64,000 nt of DNA from Azolla caroliniana (Eukaryota; Plantae; Polypodiophyta): NCBI GenBank assembly GCA_043228905.1, contig JBHGNT010000011.1:5270001-5334000 (forward strand), written 5' to 3'. The translations under genes were made by a program, and so were the position numbers. Under the pieces are notes generated by a model. It ran no database searches and had not been told where the DNA came from. It saw nothing but the letters and a program-made list of their open reading frames with translations. Positions 25,086 through 38,289 of this stretch are shown here, in pieces. Position 1 is the first letter of the stretch. Each line of letters opens with the position of its first letter.

Positions 25086-28000
25086 TGGCTTCGCATTCTC
25101 CATGTTGAAGTGCTTCAGAACCTTTCCAATATAGTAAGACTAGGAGAGTTAGAGAGTCTTGGTCATCCAATTTCACTCGATCCCCATGCGTAGTATGTGA
25201 AAGGCTTGTCCGAGTTCCTTCATCGCAAACTTGTCATGAAGGCTCCGTTTTAGCTTTCCGATCTCTAGTTGATTGCTTCCTACAATCAACATGTCATCAA
25301 CATATAGGATCAGCTAAATCCTAGATTCGTTGGCCAGTTGTTGAATGTACATACATGGGTCGGAGTTTGATAAGCAGTATCCATGCTACCTGATGTAGGA
25401 GTCAAACTTCTGGTACCACATCCTCGGCGTTTGTTTCAAGCCATAGAGGCTTTTCTCGAGGTGACTTTCCTCCCCCGTCGCCGTGAAGCCTACCGGTTGA
25501 GACATGTAAATGTCTTCTTCCATATCTCCGTGTAGGAACGTCGTCTTTACATCTAACTACTCTAGCTCTAGGTCTTCTGTTGCTACAACTCCTAGTAGGA
25601 GTCTGAGGGTGCTCATCTTGGCTACTGGTAACAATATCTCATCGCAGTCAAACCCATGTTCTTGTTTGAACCCTTTCGCGACAAGCTGAGCTTTGTACTT
25701 GGGTTTCTCTTAGTCAGATACATATTTGTATTGGAAAACCTATTTGCAAGGTAGCGGCTTTCTTCCGACTAGTAGTTCGACCAATTCCCATGTCTGATTC
25801 TTGTGAATCGAGTTCATTTCGGATTTCATGGCTCGTAGCCATGTTTTAGCGCCCGGTGCGACCATGGCTTCTTCATATGTGCTTGGTTTGCCTGCATCGG
25901 TGTAATGGACATACTCAAGGCCTGGTTGATAGAACTCTATCACCCTTCGAGCTCGTCCAGATCTCCTAGGTACGAAAATAAGTCGTTCGGATTCTTTGTA
26001 AACGTGAGTGTTTGCGGAAGCGTAAAACAGAGAACAACACAGAGAGAGAGAGAGAGAGCAGAACGTAATTTCAAAATTATATATCAAGGCTATGTATACA
26101 CACTGTGCTAAGTAGCACTATTTATACAAGTCCTCTTGGGATTGACAGAAGTACCATGTACTTCAATGCTCACACGAGCATCTGACACTTACTACGAGAC
26201 TATAGCTACCTAGTAGTCTATCCTATACTAGGCTTCCGATTGGACTGGCGGTTATGGATTGCACCCGGCCTCCACTGCTTGCTGGTTCGGTTGCTCACCG
26301 TCATACCGATCCATTTCGCCCGATCCGTCTCGCTTACTGGCTCCGGCTTATTCAGGCGATCCAGCTCCGATTGAGCTTGCCGCTCAACACTCCCCCTCAA
26401 GCTCAACCTGAGGTGGGGTCGTAGTGTCGACCTCTGTGGCAGTCGGTTCTTCCAACTGATTTCTCCTGGCGTCATTCCGCCTTGCTCGTGCTCCTCGTCC
26501 GGTCCGGTCCCGTTTGCCGCGACCCCTTTGGTTCTGCGCGCCTCGACCCTCTTGGTCAGCATGTCTGCTCAATAGACCCATCTCAGCACTCACGTTGCTG
26601 TGACTCCGGCGCTTGCCGATCCGTCGGTTCTCCCACGATGGCACGACTTCCGCTGTGTCCGTGTCCTCTTGGCCTTCAGTCGATCCGACTCATCCGGATC
26701 CATCTGTTGATCCGAGTCAACTATCTCCGACTCGTTCCAGCTCTTGTCCGAATCGGTACACTCCGATTCGGCTTCCGGCTTCAGGCCTCTCACCACATCG
26801 GACCACTTCCGAGTCTTGGCCTTCTCCATGCTTCCCTCGGCTTCTTCAGCCGGTGAACCGAAATTGAATTCTTCATTCGACTCCGTATCATGGTCAGTAC
26901 CGTCGTGATGACCTCCGCACAACATGCACTTCTCTTCCTGAGTGCACAACTCTTCTTCACAGCCGCTTGCTCCGACCTGTTCGGATGTGTTGACTTCCTT
27001 CGTCGACTCGGCTTCCTTCATCTTCTTGTCTCCTCTTCTTCCGGCTCTCCTCTTACCGACGGGTTCGACAGTTTTTTTGCCTTTGCCCGTTTCGATAGAG
27101 ACTTTGCCCTTGCTTCTCCCCCTCAAGTGCAGCATGTTGAGATGCTGAATACCAAGCATGTCGGTAAAGTGCTGCAACTTGTCCGATCCAAGCGGCTTGG
27201 TGAAGATGTCGGCAACTTGCCGATCCGTATGAACATACCGTAGGTCAACTTCACCGCTCAGGACCCGCTCACGCACGAAGTGGTAGTGCACCTCGATGTG
27301 CTTTGTGCGAGCATGGAACACAGGGTTCCTGGCGAGCTGCAGGCTGCTCATGTTATCGCAGTAAATCGGGATCGGGGTCGGTACCTCGATCCGCAAGTCT
27401 TGCAGCAGTCGCCGAAGCTAGATGGCTTCACAAGTGGCAACGGTAGCGGCCTGGTACTCAGCCTCATTGCTTGACAAAGCCATTGTGGGCTGCTTCTTGC
27501 TGCTCCACGCAACGGCCGCGCTACCTATGGAGAACATGTATCCGGAAGTGGAGCGGCGATCAGACGCATCGCCAGCCCAATCAGCATCTGTGTAACCGAC
27601 AAGCTCTTCGGGTATACCTCGCTGGTATAGCAGTCCCCGGTCCGTAGTGCCGCTGACATACCGTAATATTCATTGTGCGCACTGAAGGTGCTCCACGGTC
27701 GGCTTCTGCATGAACTGACTTACCATCCCGACCGGATAGCTGATTCCGGTCCAGGGGTGTGGAGACAGGTCGGCAATCCGTCATGCTGAACTTATACAAC
27801 ATATTCAACACGTAATGTCGTTGTGAGAGCAATATGCCGTCGGGGGTCCAGATCACTTCAATCCCAAGAAAATAATGAAGGTCCCCCAGGTCCCTCATTT
27901 CGAATGCGTCCGACAACTGGGACTTGACGCGGTTGATTTCGGGAAGACCCGGTCCGGTGATGACTAAATCATCCACATACAAGAGTATACATACCGGACC

Positions 28001-31000
28001 GTCAGAGCCTTGCCGGATGAACAACGAAGTGTCCGACTTAGAGATAACAAACCCCAGCTTACGCAACCGGTGCGTGATCTTCGCGTTCCAAGCTCGGGGG
28101 GCTTGCTTCAAGCCGTAAAGCGACTTCTTCAGTCGGCATACCGCCGATTTGTTCATCTCCGATTGAAATCCAGGGGGCTGAGTCATAAAGACTTCTTCTT
28201 CAAGCTCTCCTTGAAGGAAGGCGTTCTTCACATCCATCTGGTGAAGATGCCACCCCCTTGCCGCAGCAACCGCCAATACCACACGAAATGTCATCATCTT
28301 CGCCACAAGAGCGAAGGTCTCATCGTAGTCGATTCCATGGGTCTACGCGTATCCCTTCGCCACTAACCGGGCTTTGTACCGGTTAACAGAACCGTCGGCA
28401 TTGTACTTGACCTTGTACACCCACTTGCATCCGATCGGTTTACAGTGACGGAGAGGATCAACTAGGTCCCAAGTTTCGTTGGCATCGAGTGCCCGCATTT
28501 CTTCGTCCATAGCGGCACGCCAATTTGTGTCCTTTGCCGCTTCTGTGTAGCTCTCCGGCTCATGCACTTCTGTTACCTTCGTCATGTACGCATAATGATG
28601 CGCCATGTATTCATTGTACCCGTACCGCATGACGGGATCCTTCTGGCGGGTTGATCGGCGCAACGCACCGTCACCTGATATGAGGCCCTTCTTGGCCAGT
28701 TCGGTCTTCGTTGCCGAAGATCCGCCTTGCTCCTTTCCGGAGTCGGATATGCACCGATCCGACTCATCGTTGCCGATTTTGAATTCCGGCATCTTCCCCT
28801 TCCCCTTCTCTTTGCGCGTGAACCATTTCCTCGGTGCCTTGCGCGGGGAGAGCACGGCAGAGTCTCCACCACTTGCCGTCTCTTCATCCGACTGGTCCAA
28901 CCGACTCAGTCGCTCGTTCGGTCCACTTAACCGTAATGATTCCGGACTCTCATCTTGAGTCCCGGCTGCATCATCCTCTGCCCGGGATGATTCAGGCTCA
29001 CTGGCCTGATCTTCCGGCATTGGGTCGGGATCGGAAGTCGGACTCGGTAGGGAGTACTAGGATGCCGATTCGTCGAACTCGACATCCCGGCTAACTCGGA
29101 CTTCCTTCGTCCAGGGGTTATAGCACTTATACCCCTTTTGCTCTTGAGCATAGCCGACTAGGATGCATTTTTCCGATTTTGCATCCAGCTTTCTCCGCTT
29201 CTAATCCGGCACATGCACATACGCTATGCTGCCGAATATCCGAAGGTGTCTTAAGTTCGGCTTGCGCCCGAAATACAGCTCATGAGCTGACACCTTGTCA
29301 CCAATGCGGTTTTGTATGTAGACGGCCGTCCAGACCGCCTCCGCCCAGTAGAACCGAGGCATGCTCTTCTCCTCCAGCATTGTCCTAGCCACTTCGACGA
29401 GTGTCCGGTTCTTCCTTTCGGCCACACCGTTTTGCTGCGGTGTGTATCTGCAGCTGAACTCTTGCCGAATTCCCTTCTGCTACAGATAACCAGTGAATTG
29501 GCCGGAAAAATATTCCTTTCCGCCATCCGACCGAAGGCATTTGATCTTCCTCTCCAATTCCCGTTCCACCATCTTCTGGAGGCTCCGGAAACAGTCGAAG
29601 ACTTCGCTCTTCCGCTCAATGAGGTAGATCCAAGTATGTCGAGTATAGTCGTCGATGAAGGAGACGAAGTATCGGCTCCCGCCAAGGCTTACACTTTGTG
29701 CCGGTCCCCACACATCCGAATGGATGAGATCGAGCTTGTTACGGCTCCGGTTCCGTTCGGTGGGGAATGGAAGCCGGTGTTGCTTCCCAAGTTGGTAGGC
29801 TTCACAAATTTCGGCTCTCCGGCCGTTGAACTTCGGCAAACCGAAAACGACTTGTTTCGTTTGCAGGTCTTGAAGCCTTCAATAGTTGACGTGGCCTATC
29901 CGCTTGTGCCACAGGTCGATGTCCAATTCGACCTTCTGTCGTTTCACGAACAGAGCGGTGCCAAAGTCATTGGTGTTGAGGATAAACATCCTCCCGTCTC
30001 TGCGCCCTTGCGCAATGACTTCGCCCTCATCCTCAATGAAGCACCCGAGGTGCGTAAACCGCACCTGCATCCCCTGGTCGACAATCTGACCAACGGACAC
30101 CAGGTTCTTCGTGATTGTCGGAACGTGTAATACGTTCATCAGCTTCCCTTTCTGTCCGACGTGGCTTAGAGGGACTTCTCCGACGTGCATGATTGGGTGA
30201 GAAGTGTCGTCTCCGGTTTCGACTACTCCTGGTTGATCCAGTTTCTCCAGAAAGGAGAACCACTCTTTATGGCTCTTCATGTGGTTTGACGCGCCGGAAT
30301 CAACATACCACACTTCCTCCGTTTTGGAAGTGGTCTTCTTCATTGAGTTTGCCTTGTGATTCATCACCAAGGCTGGCCCCTTACCGGCCTTTCCGGTTCC
30401 GGATCCTCCTGATCCGTTTGCGTAGTGCAAGTTTTGCCGGCCACCCTTACCGGTCTTGCCGGATCCGGATTTGTCCGAATCGGCACGCTTTCTCCACCAC
30501 TCGCTTTCCCTGTGGCCTTTTTTGCCACAGTACCAGCATTCCGTAGCGGATTTGTCTTGCCGGCCTCCGGCACCGCCTTGAGTCCCCCTGCTTGTGGAAG
30601 TCCCGGAACTGCTGTCGACACGCTCATAGTGCCTTCATTCCTGCTCTTGCCGGCCGCCTCCATTGCGTGCCGACCCACCTCTTCCACCACGCCCACGGAA
30701 CAGATCCGTTCCCGTGTACAGCATTCGGCTGTCCGGGGGTGCACTAGTAGATGCACCAGCGTGGTTCTCCTCTACAAGGAGCATCGACTGTAAGTCGAAG
30801 AATGAGGGGGTATTCTCCCTTGTACACACCGCAGTCCGGAACGCTCCGAACTTGGATGCCAGGCCTCCGAGACATACCTGCACCATCTCTTCTTCCTCTA
30901 CGGTAACATTGATAGAGGTGAGCGAGTCGCAGATCTCCTTTATCCGGCCCGTGTAGTCTGCCACGGACATGTTCTTCTGTTGAACATTGCTCAACTCTTG

Positions 31001-31461
31001 TCTGAGTTGCAGCTTCCGAGCAGTGGTGCTTGCGGCGAAAACCTTTTACAGGTTCCCCCAAGCATCCTTCGGTGTCTTGGCGTCATGGATGTGGCTGAGC
31101 AGCTGATCGCCGACACTGGACGCGAAGCAGTACATCACCCTGCTTGCCGCCTGTTCCCATACCGGGAAGTCCTTGTGTGCCGAGTCGGGTGCCGCATCAT
31201 TCGCTCCTTCGACATAACTCCAGTACCCGTGTCCAAGCAGGTACTAGTGCATCTTGTAAGACCAGGATGCGTAGTTGCTCCTGTCGAGCTTCTCCACCGG
31301 GAGCTACGTAGCCATGCCTCTATCCATGTCTTCTACTGTCTCTGTTTTCGACCTGTTAGGGTTTTCTTCTCAAGAGTAAATGTCTGCAGCAAAGGTTCTC
31401 AACCCTCGCGCTCCGATACCATGTAAACGTGAGTGTTTGCGGAAGCGTAAAACAGAGAACA

Positions 31462-31500
<39 letters not shown>

Positions 31501-34360
31501 AAAACGTAATTTCAAAATTATATATCAAGGCTATGTATACACACTGTGCTAAGTAGCACTATTTATACAAGTCCTCTTGGGATTGACAGAAGTACCATGT
31601 ACTTCAATGCTCACACGAGCATCTGACACTTACTACGAGACTATAGTTACCTAGTAGTCTATCCTATACTAGGCTTCCGATTGGACTGACAGTTACGGAT
31701 TGCACCCGGCCTCCACTGCTTGCTGGTTCGGTTGCTCACCGTCATACCGATCCGTTTCGCCTGATCCGTCTCGCTTACCGGCTCCAGCTTATTCAGGCGA
31801 TCCGGCCCCGGTTGAGCTTGCCGCTCAACATTCTTCGATCAGCTCTATTGGTTGATTTGTATTTGTTGAACCATTTGTGTTAAGAGTCTTGTTAGATGAA
31901 CTGCCCCCAAGTTGGGATTTCGGTGGTGTCAGTTTCTCCTCCCCTATGGATATTTTTGACTCGGTTCTATTTCCAACTCGCATCTTGTTGACTTTGCCTT
32001 GTTCGACTCTTCTCGAATCAACTTTGTCTTTGATGGCTTTGTCTTTGAGTTCGACTAGTGGACCTCCTACCAATTCGGAGTTGTTGTCGGCTATTTCGAG
32101 TTCGACTATGTGTCGAGTCTCTGAGTCGGCTCGGTGGGTCGGTCCTTCTATGATAGCTTTGTCATCTTCGAAGGATACCTATTTACCGGTTATTTTCTGT
32201 TGGTTCCCTTGAGAGAAGATAGAGTCTTCATTAAATACTACATCACTGCTCTAGATCAGTTTCCGATTCTCAGGGTCCCATAGTCTATAGCCGAAGTCCC
32301 CATCAGTTCCATAACTGAGAAATATGCACTTCGTCGCATGGGGTGCCAACTTGATCCTTTTCTCCCAGGGGATGAATGTGTAGGCTTCTCATCCGAATAT
32401 ACGGAGTCTGTCATAGGTTGGCTATTTGCCTGACCATAGTGCCTATGGCACTTCGAGCTTGATTGCTTTCGATGGAGAAAAATTGATCAAATATACTGCT
32501 GTCTGCAATGCTTCAGCCCGGAACTCTAGCTTTAGTCTAGCTTGTTGGAGCATTGTCGTCACTCTCTCTTGGATCGTTTGGTTGATCCATTCTACATGGG
32601 TGTGTAAGGAACAATCTTTTGATATCGGATCCCTTTGTCCCGACCAGTTCTCCACTTTAGATATCCACCAAGTGAAGTCCTAGAGTGCTTTATCTTTGGA
32701 CCTGATAGAGTAGGCCCAAACCTTCCGTGTACACAGTCATCTACAAAAGTGATGAAGTACTGGGAGCCTCTTGTGATCACTCTAGCATGGGCCCACATAT
32801 ATCTGTGTTCACGAGCTCTAGGGGTTGTCGTACTATCTCGTAATGGAGAGAGTGCGAACTTCTGGTCTGTTTACCGTATCGGGTACGTGTCGTACTTGGT
32901 GCAAGGTGATCATGTTGCCATTGGTCAAGTGAATAGTTCTAAAACCATTCAATATTAGGGGTCACGTGGAATGTGGCACCAGAATTCAGTAACCACGTGT
33001 GTGCATCTTGTGCACTATAGAGGACTTCTCCGATCATCAAGTCCTCCAAGAAAAGGATTTCTCCTGATCAGGTGTCGGCAAGATTGATTTGGTTGCTTGT
33101 AAGAGAGTGGTCCGAGTCAGGTTATCTTCGATTCCACTCGGATCACTGACCACTCTCTTTCCTCCTAATCGACCAATAGTCGAAAACATTGTGGCCAACA
33201 TCTCTACAATGTGTGCAAAATTCGCCTAATCAGCCCGTTCTGCACTTTGACCGTTGTTGGTCTCCCCTCATTTTCGATTGACTATGGTGTCGACCGACTC
33301 TGTCGACATGTTCTCTTGATCGACTTAATCGGTCGACTGACTCAGTCCACTGGTGGGCTTCTGTTGATTCGTCAATGGTGTGTCCCATCGATTTTCGTCG
33401 AATGTCCTCAGTGAGGACTTGGCCGATCGTCTCATGCAAGTTTAGGATTGGTTGGTTATTGGTGTACGTCATGCAAAATACCTCCCAACTCACCAGCAAG
33501 CTCAATAGGAGGGCAAGATCTTTGACTTCTTCTTCAAAGTTGAGCCTTTGTGAGGAGAGTTCGGACAACACCCGGCTGAAGGTGTTGATGTGGGAGGTAG
33601 CCGGATCGGTCTCTCTCATCTTCATGTTGAATGGTTGTTTGATCAAAATCCGTTTTGGAGATGAGGACTTTTTCTCGTACACGTCTTGTAGCTTCTCCCA
33701 TAATGAGAATGTTGTTGTCTCTTTTGCCATGCTAAAGTAGATGTTTTCAGCCAGATGCATTTGGATGGTGGAGCGTGCTATTTCATCTGTAGATCTCCAC
33801 TCTTCAGCTGTCATCGTGGCAGGTTTTTCACTATGTCGAATGGCTTTAACTTGTCTTCTGATGATCAACACGTCCTGCATCATCTCCTTGCATAGGGCAA
33901 AGTTTTTGCCATCGAATTTTCTGATTTCGATTCCTATTCCGGATGTTGAAGCCATGTTCTTGTTTGAAAGAGAGATTTTACTGACCTGGTCTTTTTCCTT
34001 TCAGCTTTTTCTGTTGTTTGTTGCTACCAAATTGCAAGTCGCTCTGATACCAATTGTTATTCGAATATGCACGGAAACATATGTGTGTGTATATGAGGAC
34101 CTATCGTATGTGTTTAGCAAACTACACAAGATGGAGGCAAGAAGATATACTAGAAGATAGACATAGTTTAAGCTTTAATGGAAGCTCTATTAATGCATGC
34201 GTTCTCTCTCTCTCTCTCTCTCTCTGAGATCGGTATACAAGATGATCACGAAGTTCTCTCTTTACAATGTTAGTTTATTGCTTATATACTAAGCCCTAAC
34301 TCTTTTGGACGAGTTCACACTAGGATACAAATTGGAAGGAGTCGGCCTTTTATGCCAACA
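25086..34360 (-). mobile_element. Degraded Copia (family C): 5' LTR 34360->34055, PBS 34052-34041, gag, PR, IN, RT; interrupted by the nested element 25997-31830; 3' end missing
   Basis: LTR TGTTGGCATAAAAGG...ATAACA and PBS TGGTATCAGAGC. Gag IRKFDGKNFAL, WLLNSGATFHVTP, and RT start PSTYEEAM...WELVEL. Host sequence is continuous across the TTCTT TSD. Confidence 0.88.
25997..31830 (-). mobile_element. Structurally complete Ty1/Copia (family A): LTRs 31830->31422 and 26389->25997, 5-bp TSD TTCTT
   Basis: TG..CA LTRs about 97% identical by hand count, apart from (GA)n length. PBS TGGTATCGGAGC at 31421-31410 and PPT CTTGAGGGGGAG at 26401-26390. Gag-PR-IN-RT-RH are present with a few stops and frameshifts. 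Confidence 0.96.
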
Positions 34361-34497
34361 TCGAACTTGCTAGACATTTTGACAAAGGATGTTGATGATC
34401 AGGATCCTGATGAAGATGACCAAAACGCAACCGAAGAGGAGCTAAATGCTGGCAAGGAAGAATAACTCATGATTTTGAGTTCGACCGTGCAAGGCAC

Positions 34498-35150
34498 TGT
34501 CCCACGGGTGTGCCATGTGTTGACCGGCTAACTAGCAAAGTATCCGGGTAGACAAGCGAGTCGTACTTTAGTCATAGTCGAAGTTTGGTAATAGGCTAAG
34601 TATAGTCGTAATCGGAGTCATAGTCGAATGTAATAGACAGGTGTGGATCAGACAAAGTAAAAGTAATAGTCAAAATATATTATTAGGCCAAATATAAAAA
34701 ATATTAATACAGTTTGTTAAGTGTAACCGAAGAGTTCTCGCCGAATAGGGCAATTGTACGTTGCTTGAAAAAACTCTCAGGCCACCTATAAAAACGACTA
34801 AGAGCACTGTATAATGATGGATCTATATTTGTATTATCAAACATAAATTTTAGTTAAGAGTATATTCTATGCAGAGTGCCTATTCTGTATTTTGAAGTCA
34901 TTATTTAGTAATCGGTGTTAATTGTAATTCTGAACGTACTCTTGCTTATGATCTATACAGTCGACCAGAGTCATTAAGTGTAACAGAATGAGTTAAATAT
35001 GTAATTAAGTATTTGTGAATGAGTGCTTAAGTAATTGATAATCAGAGTCGATACACTCCATCTTTAACCACAATTTGTTGATAGGACGACTCTGAGTTGT
35101 CGTTTGATCCTGTGTTTAGTCGACCCTAGTGAATAGTCAGAAGGCGACAA
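34498..35150 (+). mobile_element. Possible LTR remnant preceded by an acidic ORF tail
   Basis: Follows ...DDQDPDEDDQNATEEELNAGKEE*; starts TGTCCC, has CCTATAAAA and possibly ends GACAACA; no partner LTR seen. Confidence 0.3.
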
Positions 35151-38082
35151 CAAAGACCAAAACAAAAAACATACCTACAGGCAAAAATACACAACAACCA
35201 TTCCTAATAGAGCAACATCCTTATGCAAAAAATGTAGGTAATGAATGCATTATATGTTGGATCATAGTGGCTAAAGCATGCCAAAGGAAGCCAAACCAGA
35301 ATCAACCTCATAGCATATACACGCATAAAACACAACACACATGTACATGACTATGTACATGACTAGAACATAATTTCTTTAGTACAAAATCAAAACATAG
35401 CACATACCGAAGATACGCATGGACATACACATTCTTATGCAGGGTACAAATAAAGAACATAACTTACAAAGAATAGGTAGGGTCAAATAAAGCACATGAC
35501 TTACAAAGAATAGGTATGCCATCCATACATCATGTTTTGGATAACAATGGGCTAAATCGTGCTAAACTAGGACATAGACACAAATACCTATAGATACAAA
35601 TACACATAGACATACACACTCTTGTGTAGGGGAAATATTGTACAAGATCCTGATACATAATACGTAGGTCATTAGTATATGACATTTTGGATCACTATGG
35701 GTGTGACATATGCCAAACCAAGCCACTCCAAAAGCAACATCATAGCATGCATATGAAGAAAACATAGCAAACATGTACATCAACCAAACACTATTTCTTA
35801 TGTACAAAACCAAACTAGAGGACATATACATATCTCCCATTATAGTGGAACCTTGGCTAAGAACTCGTTGTAGCACAAGAAGTTATTGGAGAGAAGTTTA
35901 TTGTAGAGACTGCAACAAAACTTGCACTAGAGACAGTTGTAGAGATTATTTAAGTGGAGCACGTCGTTTTAGAGGTTCTTGCAATGGAGCATGTTGTGTG
36001 AAAAGATTCTTGCAGAGGAGAAGGGTTTGAACCGTCATCAGAGAAAGGAAATACCAAGATGACTTACTTGTATGAGGTGGGAGAAGGGGGGAGAGATAGA
36101 TATATAGATAAATTCTATTATTATCTTTAGAGGTCAAATATGACCTATGAGACCAAAAATATTACATTTCACATGATACATGTGAAAGTGAGTAGCAACT
36201 CTCGATGTTCAAGAACTTTACCAATGAATGTTGCAATCGAGAGAGCACATTGTGGTTGTGATATACATTCATGCAAGGATTGGACTTGGTCGAAGATGTG
36301 GAAAGCATGGTTGAATATGATCAAAGGCAGGGCATTGTATCAAAGTGGGATACTCAGACTCTCAAACTTGTTTAGGGCAAAGTGTGCATAGTCGACCACT
36401 CTCATCACTTGTGCCCCAACGCCCCGTCTCAAATCGCAATGCATGTGAGCTAAGTGGCATGGAAGCAATGGTTCGAATCGCGGATAACGGGATGGGATCT
36501 AACATGTATCGATGTGTACGGTTTCCTTGTTACATGAAGAATATGGTTTTGTATTTAGGTGCAACATGTGTAGTTTAATGTGTGAAGCATGAGCGGCCAC
36601 ATTTTTCCATGTCATGATACATTAGCATTGCAAAAATACCTCATTTACAAAGGAATGTAGTGATGCATCATGAAGCAAGTTTGTTGCATCCCATCTACCA
36701 AGCCATTTTTCTATATCTTGCATCCAACTTGAACACAAAATTCTGCATTTATTCGTGTGTTAGATATTTTGCTTGCTTCACATGCAATTCTAATGTACTG
36801 CATTGTATCAAACTATGATACTTTGACACACAAACCAATTCAAGGAGAATGTTGATATTCCATGTGTTTAGACACAAATGAGAACATGAGTTATATCATA
36901 TGGAAACAATGGTGTGGATGGAAGACGAATGGATGCTCTCTAGCATCTATTGGTGAATGGATCCACTTCAATAGATTTGACAATGGATGTTAGAGGTTTA
37001 TGCTAGAGAGCAGAAGCCTCCACTTCTTCCCTAGTTCATGATACATTGTCGTTCCAAGAAAAACCCATTCACATTTTCCAAATGATTTCGTAGTATCTAC
37101 ATCTATCTGGAACCCTACATTTGGTTGGACATTTTGGATTGGAGTACAATAGACTCGGTCAATGGAGTAGAGTATTGTTGCTTGGTTTCCATCTATCCGT
37201 CAAGATGTTTATTCAATCAAAATGTTTGTCCACATAAAAAGGATCATTTCATAGAATGGACACGTTAGCAAAGCATTTCATATTATGACTAAGAAAGAAA
37301 TGAATGCATTTCCCAAGGATTACCAAGTTTGGGTATAAAATGAGAATGTGTAGTGACTTAAAGTTTCCTCCACAAATTAATTATATTGTTGTGAATTATT
37401 TTATAGAATGTACACATTTTATCCCTTAAGGTAGTATCATTATCAAGGAGATGCATATAATGACTATAAAAGAAATAAATTCATTACCTAGGGCATGCTA
37501 GGTTTGTGTATAGAATGACATGTGTGGAGTAAATTAAAGTTCTTTGTACAATTTGCATGCATACACTTTTTTCATAAAAAACTATCCTCCATTGGTATTA
37601 AAATTAAAGTGGCCAAAGGCAATTATATCTCTTATTTCACTAGATGCCACTATGGAATGTAGGGGTTGAACCCATGACCACCTAATCTCCATTGGGCATA
37701 CACTTACTCAACAACCTTAAACTTTATTGAGATAACATTTAAAATGTGAAGTTAATTTGGGTTTGTTAAGATGGGGGAATGAATCCAAGTTATTTCAATT
37801 TGTTACAATGGCCACTTGCATGCTAATTGAAGTTAATCTAAGTTCAATCTCAAATATGTAATGTCTGTTCCTTATAATCTTGATCAACTACGTGATACAT
37901 TTTAAAAGGAAAATGGTAAACTTCCAAAGTTGTTGAGAAAAGATAAAATAATTGTTTTTAATATAACAACATTACAAAAGCCTTCTTTGCAAGATATATG
38001 AAATGACAATGAGCAAAAACTTCTTGCAATGAACAATAAGCAAAAGTATAAAACAATTTAATAAAAATGACAATGACATGGA

Positions 38083-38289
38083 TCAAACATTGTTGTTGAA
38101 GTTGTCAACATAGTTGTTCTTATTCATGGGTTCCATTGGTGTATTGTTATCGGACGTAATGGATTCAGTAATATGGATACTCATGAGCTTGGCATGTTTC
38201 TCATCTGGATTTATGGGTGTTGCATTTCTATACACCAAATACAACACCAATTGTGCTATCCCCGATAAACACCCCAACCCATTCGGTAT
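38083..38289 (-). CDS. SWEET: SWEET exon 6 (TM7 plus Asn-rich cytosolic tail)
   Basis: IPNGLGCLSGIAQLVLYLVY...; TGCAG acceptor; TGA stop at 38085-38083. Confidence 0.93.
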   Translation of the reverse strand: MPNGLGCLSGIAQLVLYLVYRNATPINPDEKHAKLMSIHITESITSDNNTPMEPMNKNNYVDNFNNNV

